A stretch of 64,000 nucleotides of DNA from Cytophagales bacterium (GTDB lineage Bacteria > Bacteroidota > Bacteroidia > Cytophagales > Spirosomataceae): NCBI GenBank assembly GCA_013298025.1, contig JAAFJE010000004.1, forward strand, positions 178,528 through 242,527. The letters run 5' to 3'. This document shows positions 1 through 8,247 of the stretch, one piece after another (position 1 is the first letter of the stretch; each line of letters opens with the position of its first letter). The position numbers and the translations under genes are program-made. Under the pieces are notes generated by a model. It made no database searches. It was not told where the DNA came from and was given only the letters and a program-made list of their open reading frames with translations.

Positions 1-903
1 ACTTTTATTGACCAAATATACACCAACTAAAATGATTGCCATACCTAAATAATGCTCAATAAGTATAGCTTCGTGGTCGAGTATGCCCCAAGTAATCGCT
101 ACTATTGGAATAAGGTAGGTAACAGAACTTGCCAACACCGCCGAAGTAAGTTGAATGAGTTGATTAAACAGCACCATCGCAATGGCCGAACCCATTACGC
201 CGAGCAAACTGGCATAAAGTAAGGCTTGATAAGCACCTGTTTGGTTCATTTTTACCAGAAAATCGGTACTAAAAAGTACGCCTGCTGCTACTGGCCCGAT
301 GGTCATGAAAATACAACTCGTAATCACAAACGAGTCAATGCCCAAATTGGTGAGGTATTTTTTGGTAAGGTTCAGGTTGATGCCGTAAAACAAGGTGGCA
401 AGCACCACATATAGGGCATAAGCGTTGAGGCTAAAGCCTGTTTTGCCGGCTGTCACGAGCAACAACGCTCCAACAAAGCCTAATAAAATGCCAATGGTTT
501 GGCGTTTGGTAATGGTATTTTTGAAAAATAAAACGCCAATAATTAAGGTAAATAAAGGTGTAGTAGAGTTTAAAGCACCCGATACACCGCTATCTAATTT
601 TGCCCCAGCCAACGAAAATAAAAAGGCTGGAAAGAGGTTGCCCAAACAGCCCACAAGCAAGAAATGAGGCCATCTACGAAAGGGAATTTTTTTGATATGA
701 TAGATAAAAAAAGGTACAAAAAAGCAAAAGGCTGCAAAAATACGCAGCGAACCTACTTGCGAGGGCGTAAAAACAACCAAACTTTTTTTGACTAAAATAA
801 AAGAACTGCCCCAAATAAGGGCTAAAATGAGTAGTAAACTCCAAGCCAATGCGGTGTTTGAACTGCTACTGCTTGGCGTAACACCAGAAGAAGATGCTTT
901 CAT
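1..903 (-). CDS. EamA/DMT family transporter (partial, runs off left edge)
   Basis: Manual translation from ATG at 903: MKASSS...AWSLLLILALIWGSSFILVKKSL, ending ...HYLGMAIILVGVYLVNKS at the edge. The hydrophobic pattern is typical of DMT. It is missing from the ORF track because the stop is outside the window. Confidence 0.88.
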   Translation of the reverse strand, partial: MKASSSGVTPSSSSSNTALAWSLLLILALIWGSSFILVKKSLVVFTPSQVGSLRIFAAFCFFVPFFIYHIKKIPFRRWPHFLLVGCLGNLFPAFLFSLAGAKLDSGVSGALNSTTPLFTLIIGVLFFKNTITKRQTIGILLGFVGALLLVTAGKTGFSLNAYALYVVLATLFYGINLNLTKKYLTNLGIDSFVITSCIFMTIGPVAAGVLFSTDFLVKMNQTGAYQALLYASLLGVMGSAIAMVLFNQLIQLTSAVLASSVTYLIPIVAITWGILDHEAILIEHYLGMAIILVGVYLVNKS

Positions 904-982
904 GTTTGTTGAGTAAGATATAAAGTGGATTCGGAAGGCTAACATATTATTGGGCGTAAAAGTTGCCTTCCGAAGGCTGCTA

Positions 983-1972
983 TTACAGGGCAGCTAGGGC
1001 ATAATGTTGGGCTACTTCTTCCAAAATGCCTAGTATCTCGGCATAGTCGAGCGAGGTAACTAAACGTATTCTAAATTCTTTGAAATGCGAAATGCCTTTG
1101 AAATAATTGGCGTAATGTCGTCGCATTTCTACAATACCTACGTGGTTGCCTTTCCATTGAATGCTAAAATCTAAATGTTTTTTACAAACATCAATACGGT
1201 CTTGAATCGTCGGAGGAGGCAGGTGTGTGCCAGTACGGACAAAGTGTTTGATTTCGTTGAAAATCCACGGATACCCAATGCTGGCACGCCCAATCATGAT
1301 GCCATCAACGCCATAGCGATTTTTATATTCCAATGCTTTTTCAGGCGAATCAATATCGCCATTGCCAAAAATAGGAATCGTAATGCGTGGGTTTTCTTTG
1401 ATTTTGCCAATCAACGTCCAGTCGGCTTCGCCTTTATACATTTGCACACGGGTTCGCCCATGAATCGTTAAGGCTTGAATGCCAATGTCTTGTAGGCGTT
1501 CGGCTACGTCTTGGATATTTTTGGTAGATTCGTCCCAGCCCAAACGAGTTTTGACAGTTACGGGCAAGTGCGTCGATTCTACCACAGCCTTGGTCATGGC
1601 TACCATTTTAGGAATATCTTGCAAAAGAGCCGCACCAGCACCTTTACAAGCCACTTGTTTTACAGGACAACCGTAGTTGATGTCTATTAAATCGGGATTA
1701 GCCTTGGTCGCAATTTCGCCACAGGCACGCATGGTTTCGATGTCGGAGCCAAATAATTGAATACCAATAGGCCGTTCGTATTCAAAAATATCTAGTTTTT
1801 GAACAGACTTGGCCGCATCTCTGATAAGACCTTCCGAAGAAATAAATTCGGTGTACATCAAATCGGCACCATTGGCTTTGCAGACAGCCCGAAACGGCGG
1901 GTCCGACACATCTTCCATGGGTGCTAAAAGCAAAGGAAACTCGCCTAAAGCGATATTTTGAATTTTTACCAT
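983..1972 (-). CDS. dusB: tRNA-dihydrouridine synthase B
   Basis: LAPMEDVSD, IDINYGCPVK, TVKTRLGWD, IHGRT, GNGDI and GIMIGR motifs; start taken at MVKIQ (1972). Confidence 0.93.
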   Translation of the reverse strand: MVKIQNIALGEFPLLLAPMEDVSDPPFRAVCKANGADLMYTEFISSEGLIRDAAKSVQKLDIFEYERPIGIQLFGSDIETMRACGEIATKANPDLIDINYGCPVKQVACKGAGAALLQDIPKMVAMTKAVVESTHLPVTVKTRLGWDESTKNIQDVAERLQDIGIQALTIHGRTRVQMYKGEADWTLIGKIKENPRITIPIFGNGDIDSPEKALEYKNRYGVDGIMIGRASIGYPWIFNEIKHFVRTGTHLPPPTIQDRIDVCKKHLDFSIQWKGNHVGIVEMRRHYANYFKGISHFKEFRIRLVTSLDYAEILGILEEVAQHYALAAL

Positions 1973-2052
1973 ACCTTCTATCTTTCTCAAAAACAAACAA
2001 TTGCTTGTTTTCGACTAAAACTCACAAATTTTGCCGTAAATTTACAACCATT

Positions 2053-2985
2053 ATGGCAAAAATTGATAATATTCTTCGACAAACTGACAGGTCGCTTTTG
2101 GCTAAACTTTTGATATTGTTTGGTTTAAGCTTGGTTTTGCTTGCTATTGGCTCTTTTATAGGCTTCGGTATCTTCTCATTTATGACTAATATTGAGCTTG
2201 GACACTTTATTGATTTCCAGCAAAACCCAGCCGAGTACCCGCAAGCGTGGTATGCTGTGATGTTGCTCCAAGTGCTATCAACGCCACTGCCGTTTGCGTT
2301 GGCGGCTGTGCTTTATACTCGCTTGATAGAGTCATTTATGCCTTTACAAACGGTGATACCGCCGAAAAATTTGCTTATTTGGATAGTGCTGTTGGTCATC
2401 AGTTTTATGCCATTCGATAGCATTATTATTGAGTGGAACAAGCAAATTCACTTGCCAGCCAGCTTGCACAATTTGGAGGTGTCGATGCAACAAAGCGAAA
2501 AAACAGCCCAAATTTTTACGGATTATATCACCAATTTTACGTCGCCATTGCAGTTGTTGATTGCCATTGTTGTTATTGCTGGAGCGGCGGCACTTAGCGA
2601 AGAATTGCTGTTTAGAGGTGTTTTACAAAATATTTTTTATAAATCGTGGCAGAATCCACACGTAGCCATTTGGGTAGCAGCGTTTTGGTTTAGTTTTATC
2701 CATTTTCAATTTTATGGCTTTTTTCCAAGAATGCTTCTCGGAGCGATGTTTGGGTATGTATATCATTGGACGGGTAGGATAGAGCTGGCGGTATTAGCCC
2801 ATTTTGTCAATAATGGTTTTACCGTTGTGATGAAATATTGCTATAACATTGGGCTGATTAAAGCCGATATTGTCGATACCGAGAGCGTACCCTTGCCTAT
2901 GGTATTGGTGTCGTTTGTGGTATGTGTGTTTATTTTATTCAAAATTAAAAAGACGGCAGATGAAGGATTGGCAAAAGATTTATGA
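2053..2985 (+). CDS. CPBP family intramembrane metalloprotease (CAAX/Abi)
   Basis: EELLFRG, FSFIH and HFVNN motifs; multi-TM; start MAKID at 2053. Confidence 0.9.
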   Translation: MAKIDNILRQTDRSLLAKLLILFGLSLVLLAIGSFIGFGIFSFMTNIELGHFIDFQQNPAEYPQAWYAVMLLQVLSTPLPFALAAVLYTRLIESFMPLQTVIPPKNLLIWIVLLVISFMPFDSIIIEWNKQIHLPASLHNLEVSMQQSEKTAQIFTDYITNFTSPLQLLIAIVVIAGAAALSEELLFRGVLQNIFYKSWQNPHVAIWVAAFWFSFIHFQFYGFFPRMLLGAMFGYVYHWTGRIELAVLAHFVNNGFTVVMKYCYNIGLIKADIVDTESVPLPMVLVSFVVCVFILFKIKKTADEGLAKDL

Positions 2986-3172
2986 AACCCCAAGTGTAGT
3001 AAAAGCAGAGTTGGCAAAGGCGTATTTGGTTGACGAGCACCAGATAGAGGCAGTCGTACTCAACAAAAGAGATAGTATGTATTTGATTGGGCTTTGCGAG
3101 TTGTATGTGCCAAACCCACAAGCCACGTTGGCTAAATTTTTACTCGAAAACGAAGGGAAAATTATTGAGTGA
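2960..3172 (+). CDS. DUF2007-like small protein
   Basis: MKDWQKIYET...AELAKAYL...IEAVVLNKRDSMY...CELYVP; overlaps the end of the upstream gene. Confidence 0.75.
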   Translation: MKDWQKIYETPSVVKAELAKAYLVDEHQIEAVVLNKRDSMYLIGLCELYVPNPQATLAKFLLENEGKIIE

Positions 3173-3319
3173 GTTACCCGTAGAGAAGTCGCCCCGCCGC
3201 TTCTTAAATAATAATGCAGAATTGTGAATTGTGAATGATTTTTACCAATTATTAACTCACAATTAGTAGTGTACGAAGGATTTTATTTTGTTCAAAAGCG
3301 TTCTTATTATTTGCATTTT

Positions 3320-3388
3320 TTGAGGTAGCGGCAACCCTTGCGGTTGCCATTTGGAATGTGGCAACCGCAAGGGTTGCCGCTACCTCAA
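3320..3388. repeat. REPIN-like doublet: two inverted GTAG-type REP units
   Basis: Perfect 30-bp inverted repeat (3320-3349 / 3359-3388) with a 9-nt spacer; each arm contains GTAG followed by the palindrome GGCAACC-CTTGC-GGTTGCC. Confidence 0.8.
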
Positions 3389-3502
3389 TTGTATTTGAAA
3401 GATAAAACTAAACTTTCGTACAGCACTAACTCACAATTCACCCATTCACAACTTTACATCGTATATTTTAAAACAAACAATAATTTAGAACCAAAGGTAT
3501 AT

Positions 3503-4339
3503 ATGAAAGAAAAATTACAAGGTATGTCCAACTTGCAACAGCGCGTAATTGCGGCTGTAATAGCCATTCCTTTTTTGTTGTTTTGTATTATTTATAGCGA
3601 TTGGACATTCTATGGCTTATTTGCTGTGATTGCTGTATTGGCACAACTAGAGTTTTATAAATTAGTTGGTTTAGACGGCAACGAACCCCTTACATATTAC
3701 GGAACGCTTTGCGGTTTTGTACTGATAACACTTACTTTTTTGATAGAAAAAGGCATTATTCCTTACCAAAACTACTATGTATTGTCGCCATTGTTTACGT
3801 TTATCTTTTTCATTAAACTGTACAAAGCCGAAGACGAAAAGCCATTCAAAAATATTGCCTATACCTTTCTTGGCGTTATTTATGTAGCCTTGCCTTTTGC
3901 CTTATTGATTGTATTGGCTTTTCCAACGCCCGATTTTCAATTTAGCTGGCAACGTCCTTTGGGGTGTTTATTTTTGTTGTGGGCAAGCGACACAGGGGCG
4001 TATTTTGCTGGAACAAAATTTGGTAAAACAAAACTATTCGAGCGGGTTTCTCCCAAAAAATCATGGGAAGGTAGCATTGGCGGTTTTGTGGCATCTATGT
4101 TGGTGGCGGCTATTTTATCGTATTGTTTTGAAGATTTGGCAGACTGGCAATGGTATATTTGTGGGGCAATTATTGTGGTAGCTGGCACGTATGGCGACTT
4201 GGTAGAATCGTTGTTTAAAAGAAGTATCCAAATCAAAGATTCAGCCTCAACAATTCCAGGACATGGCGGTTTTCTCGACCGTTTTGATGGTTTATTATTA
4301 TCTATTCCTTTTATTCTTACATTTTTGAAACTTTTTTAG
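3503..4339 (+). CDS. cdsA: phosphatidate cytidylyltransferase
   Basis: SDTGAYF, SPKKSWEG, GDLVESLFKR...KDS...IPGHGGFLDRFD. Confidence 0.95.
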   Translation: MKEKLQGMSNLQQRVIAAVIAIPFLLFCIIYSDWTFYGLFAVIAVLAQLEFYKLVGLDGNEPLTYYGTLCGFVLITLTFLIEKGIIPYQNYYVLSPLFTFIFFIKLYKAEDEKPFKNIAYTFLGVIYVALPFALLIVLAFPTPDFQFSWQRPLGCLFLLWASDTGAYFAGTKFGKTKLFERVSPKKSWEGSIGGFVASMLVAAILSYCFEDLADWQWYICGAIIVVAGTYGDLVESLFKRSIQIKDSASTIPGHGGFLDRFDGLLLSIPFILTFLKLF

Positions 4340-4459
4340 TAAAAATTTGTATTTTTATAAAAGAAATACGTTATATGTCTAGTAAAGGAAACATGTTGTA
4401 CAAACGTTAAAAACTGTTAAACCTTGCGTGGACAACAGTGCCGAAGTAGATAAAATGTA

Positions 4460-4467
4460 TAAGTTTG
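4460..4467 (+). promoter_or_regulatory. Bacteroidota sigma70 -7 box (TAAGTTTG)
   Basis: Matches TAnnTTTG, 40 bp upstream of the ATG at 4508. Confidence 0.55.
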
Positions 4468-4507
4468 TATGTTTAGTTCGTTGAAGTAACATCATCAAAC
4501 AGGTAAA

Positions 4508-5227
4508 ATGAATTCGATAGTCCGTTATATTGCTTTATTTTTTATACTTTGCTTGACCACTGAGGCGGTGGGGCAAGGGCAAGACATGAGTGTTTTGTTT
4601 TCTGGAAGGGTTGTGTCTGAGCGTTCGTCAGAGTTTTTGGCGAGTGCATACGTTTTCAATCCCAACTCAGGTAGGGGTACACTCACCGACGATTTCGGGA
4701 ATTTTGCCATTTATGTATATCCCGGCGATAGCCTTGTTTTTTCGTATGTGGGCTACAAAAAAAGGTATTATGTCATTCCTAGAAATGTGGAGCAAACGCA
4801 CTCAGCGATTGTATATATGGCCGAAGAAAACAAGTTGCTGGCAGAGGTGAAAGTGTATCCATATAGCACCGAAGAAGATTTTAAAAAGGCATTTTTGGCC
4901 ATGAGGCTCAACAACGAGGCTGGTCGCAAGGCTTTGGAAAAGAACTTAGAGCAATCGAAACTCAATACCTTGGCTCTTCAAGCTGGATTGAGTGGGGCTG
5001 GTAACTTTAGAAATTTCTCCGACCAAATGACCTATCAAATGGCGAATAGGAATTTTTACCAAAGCCCTATCATGGCACTGACCAATCCCTTTGCTTGGGC
5101 ACAGTTTATACAATCTATCAAGCGAGGCGATTTGAAAAGAGATGATTACAAAAAAGCGTTTGAAGATAAACCCACCGAAGGCGTAAGCCGACAGCAAGTG
5201 CTGAAAGAGATAAAGGGGAATAATTAA
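4508..5227 (+). CDS. carboxypeptidase-like regulatory domain-containing exported protein
   Basis: Signal peptide, then GRVV...GTLTDDFGNF...DSLVFSYVGY (CarboxypepD_reg-like). Confidence 0.75.
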   Translation: MNSIVRYIALFFILCLTTEAVGQGQDMSVLFSGRVVSERSSEFLASAYVFNPNSGRGTLTDDFGNFAIYVYPGDSLVFSYVGYKKRYYVIPRNVEQTHSAIVYMAEENKLLAEVKVYPYSTEEDFKKAFLAMRLNNEAGRKALEKNLEQSKLNTLALQAGLSGAGNFRNFSDQMTYQMANRNFYQSPIMALTNPFAWAQFIQSIKRGDLKRDDYKKAFEDKPTEGVSRQQVLKEIKGNN

Positions 5228-5233
5228 ATTGAT

Positions 5234-5283
5234 ACCGCCCAAGTTTTATGTAAAGCAAAAACATAAAATTTGGGCGGTTTTTT
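5234..5283. terminator. intrinsic terminator between convergent genes
   Basis: ACCGCCCAAGTTTTATGT...ACATAAAATTTGGGCGGT followed by a T-run. Confidence 0.75.
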
Positions 5284-5402
5284 GTACTGAGTAAGTACGT
5301 TGTACGAATGATGAAACTGCTATTTATGCTTCAATTTGTAACAGAATATCTTTGAAATAAGTATCAATGCCGCATTGTGAATTTTATTACCTCCCTCAAG
5401 AG

Positions 5403-6098
5403 CTATATCGGAAATTCGCCTGAGAAGTAGCCTACAAAACGCCAAAGTTCATGAATATCGTCTTCAAAAACGGGATACGGAGCGTATCTTTCGTTGGTCG
5501 ATTTGAGAATTAAGACACTCTTTTCGCCGAGGTAATTAAAGACTTTTTTCAATACAACACCTTCGTCTTTTGTGACTACTACGCAAATCGTACCGTTTTT
5601 GACGGCACGCCAATTGTCGATGTACTCGGCAAAAACCAAAGAACCTTCTTTAAGCGGCAACATCGAATCGCCCTGAATAGGAAATACACGATACTTGCGG
5701 TCTTTGGGCAAAAATGGTACATTGAAAATTGGTAAGCGACTGATATAGTCTAAATCGCCATACCCATGCGAATACCCTGCTACTGCTTTTACGGGTACGT
5801 ATTCGATATTATCTTCGTTTTCGTTGTTGACTGTCGTAGCCAAAATACGTAATTGCGATTCTTGTTTGCGTTGAGGCTTGTAAGTCGCCAAATCTTTGGT
5901 GAGCAGGTCGTCAACACTCACACCAAAATAATTCGCTAATTTGACCAAATCAGCATATTTGGGTTCTGCTCTACCGCTTTCGTAAGAGCCTAGGGTAGAT
6001 TTTTTTAAATCAACTTCCTCGGCAAGTTTTTCTTGTGATACTTTACCTTCGAGTTGTTTTCTAAGATATTGTAAATTTTGGCTAAAGAAAGTGTCCAT
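5403..6098 (-). CDS. XRE/LexA-like repressor (HTH_3 + S24 peptidase)
   Basis: N-terminal HTH (SQEKLAEEV...LGSYESGRAEP), Ala-Gly cleavage site (VAGY), catalytic Ser (GDSMLP) and Lys (VLKKV). Confidence 0.9.
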   Translation of the reverse strand: MDTFFSQNLQYLRKQLEGKVSQEKLAEEVDLKKSTLGSYESGRAEPKYADLVKLANYFGVSVDDLLTKDLATYKPQRKQESQLRILATTVNNENEDNIEYVPVKAVAGYSHGYGDLDYISRLPIFNVPFLPKDRKYRVFPIQGDSMLPLKEGSLVFAEYIDNWRAVKNGTICVVVTKDEGVVLKKVFNYLGEKSVLILKSTNERYAPYPVFEDDIHELWRFVGYFSGEFPI

Positions 6099-6210
6099 TG
6101 TTTACGCTATTTAATATATATGCTTGGGTATCTGTCAAATTGCTTTATGCTTGCTTAAAAGTCTATTTTTGAACAAGCATAATTCAAGTCTTTGAGGACT
6201 TGTATTTACA

Positions 6211-6218
6211 CAAAGGTA
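6211..6218 (-). promoter_or_regulatory. -7 box (TACCTTTG) for the XRE-S24 gene
   Basis: CAAAGGTA on the + strand. Confidence 0.5.
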
Positions 6219-6344
6219 CAATTTTTAGCTAAAATTTTACATATATACTACAATTTTTATTCATTTTTTGCCGATACATTCACAATTGACAAACAAGCTC
6301 CTTGGGATATTAGGTTAACTTTCTGAAAAAGAGCTAGTTTTATT

Positions 6345-7346
6345 TTACAAACTACTTCTTTGTATCAAAACAAAAGGATTTTTTACCTGCATTGTTCGTT
6401 GTTCGAGCAGCAATTGGGCAAGCGTTTCGCCCATTTGTCTGAATTGGGTAGAAATCACTGTAATGCCCAAAATTTCGTTCAATACGGTTTCGTTGTAGGC
6501 GATAAGCCCCAAGTCTTTGCCCAGTGTCCAGTTTTTAGCCCTTGTTTTTTTGATAAATAAAGGCAAATCTGCCTCGTCGGTTACGACATAGCACACGCCT
6601 AATAGAAGTTCTTTTTGCTCGGTAATACGCTCCGAATGCACAATCGCTTTGGCATTTTCAGCCCCAAAACGCAAAGCTCCTTCGGCTATTTCAGGCGGAT
6701 GGTTCAGCAAGCGTGACATCACAATCTCGATGGTATGGTATTTGTCGAAAAGCTTTTTTACCGAAGAAAAGGCATGGTAAATATCGCCGTGAAAGTCCTG
6801 ATACACGCTCAGGGTATCGTTGAAATTTTCTACGCTTTTATCCAGCAAAACCAATTGTCGGGCAGGTATTTTGCGTAACGTTGCCTGAATACTTGCCAAA
6901 GGTGTAGCCAAATCGAAATGAGGCATTACAACGTAGTAATGGTAAGCACCCAAGTGGGTATCTATGATTTCGTTGAGTAGCTGTAGGTTGTAATGATGCA
7001 CCTGAATATCAACCTTAGCACTGCTGCTAAGAGTGCTGAGAAAGCCTTCGTAAATCAGGTTTTTGAAAGAAGAAATTTTATTGAAAATAAAGAGAATTTT
7101 GAGCCGTTGGTCTTTTCTGCCTACCACAAAATTGCCTACATTCGGTACAGCCCTGATATAGCCTTTGTCTTGTAGCTCTTTATATGCTTTTTCGATGGTA
7201 TCTCTCGAAAAATGAATGGCTTTACTCAACGACGTAATAGAAGGCAAAAGGGTATCTTTTGCTAAATTTCCATGCTCAATTTCTCTGATAATGGATTGCA
7301 CAACTTGCTCTTTTTTCGAGTTGCAGCCTTCCTGTATTTTAATCAT
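6345..7346 (-). CDS. GntR family regulator with sugar-binding C-terminal domain
   Basis: LLPSITSLSK...SRDTIEKAYKEL...G...VGNFV winged HTH; C-terminal periplasmic-binding-like domain. Confidence 0.88.
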   Translation of the reverse strand: MIKIQEGCNSKKEQVVQSIIREIEHGNLAKDTLLPSITSLSKAIHFSRDTIEKAYKELQDKGYIRAVPNVGNFVVGRKDQRLKILFIFNKISSFKNLIYEGFLSTLSSSAKVDIQVHHYNLQLLNEIIDTHLGAYHYYVVMPHFDLATPLASIQATLRKIPARQLVLLDKSVENFNDTLSVYQDFHGDIYHAFSSVKKLFDKYHTIEIVMSRLLNHPPEIAEGALRFGAENAKAIVHSERITEQKELLLGVCYVVTDEADLPLFIKKTRAKNWTLGKDLGLIAYNETVLNEILGITVISTQFRQMGETLAQLLLEQRTMQVKNPFVLIQRSSL

Positions 7347-7586
7347 ATATTATTAGGTTCTTCGATTTTGGATAATTCATTAGAGGTTATTTTCATGCAT
7401 ATAAGGCGTAATGATAAGATACGTTTTTGTTCAAAAACTACTCAATTTTTAAGCAAAAATTAGTAAGCGGTAAGCAATACGGAGATTACTAGGCGTAAAA
7501 TATATATGTAGATGAGGCTAAAAGCGTCGGTTGCCTAGTGTTGTGCCGTGTAAAGCCAACAAAAATCAGACAACCGTAGATGCCAA

Positions 7587-7928
7587 TTAGCCTATTTTTT
7601 TGGCTTTGTAGCCTTGAGTTTGTAAAAAAACAAGCACTTTCTCCCGAAAATCGCCTTGAAGCAATATTTCACCGTCTTTCGACGAGCCTCCGCAACCGCA
7701 AAGGTTTTTGAGTTTTTTACCTAATATATCCAAATCTTCGGGTTTGCCCACAAAGCCTGTCACCAAGGTCACTTGCTTGCCTGCTCTGGCTTTTTTGTCG
7801 AGGCTGATTCTTAATTGCTGTTGTTGAGGTGGAAGCGTTTCGGCTTCGGGCGTTTCGTCAAATTCAAATGCGAAATCGGGGTTGGTCGAATATACCACGC
7901 CAAGAGGGATTTTCTTTTGCTTTGCCAT
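7587..7928 (-). CDS. translation initiation factor SUI1 (YciH-like)
   Basis: VVYSTNP...RAGKQVTLVTGF...LKNLCGCGGSSKDGEILLQGD. Confidence 0.93.
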   Translation of the reverse strand: MAKQKKIPLGVVYSTNPDFAFEFDETPEAETLPPQQQQLRISLDKKARAGKQVTLVTGFVGKPEDLDILGKKLKNLCGCGGSSKDGEILLQGDFREKVLVFLQTQGYKAKKIG

Positions 7929-8247
7929 CAGATAAATTATGCGTTATGAATGTTGCGTTTCTGCTATTCGTCCATGAAAGATTTTTCTGTTGCAATTTAT
8001 GGTTTTACGCACAATTTACGACTAAAAATGGATAATAAATCCTCATAAGCTAAGTAAAGCTGTGCTTGTTGGTTGTTATGTTGTCATACTTAAAAACAGT
8101 AAGTTTGATAAGTTGACACAGGGCTTTTGTCGAAAAAAACAGCCCGATTACCGTACAATAAGATATTATTATATAAAATTTCAATAAATAATTGTATTTA
8201 TTATTTACTTTGTATCAAAATAATACAATACTGAAATATACCGTACA

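Noticed and set aside
5347-5354. TATCTTTG -7 box pointing antisense into the XRE-S24 gene
   Set aside because: No matching -33 element at the right spacing; such 8-mers are common in AT-rich DNA
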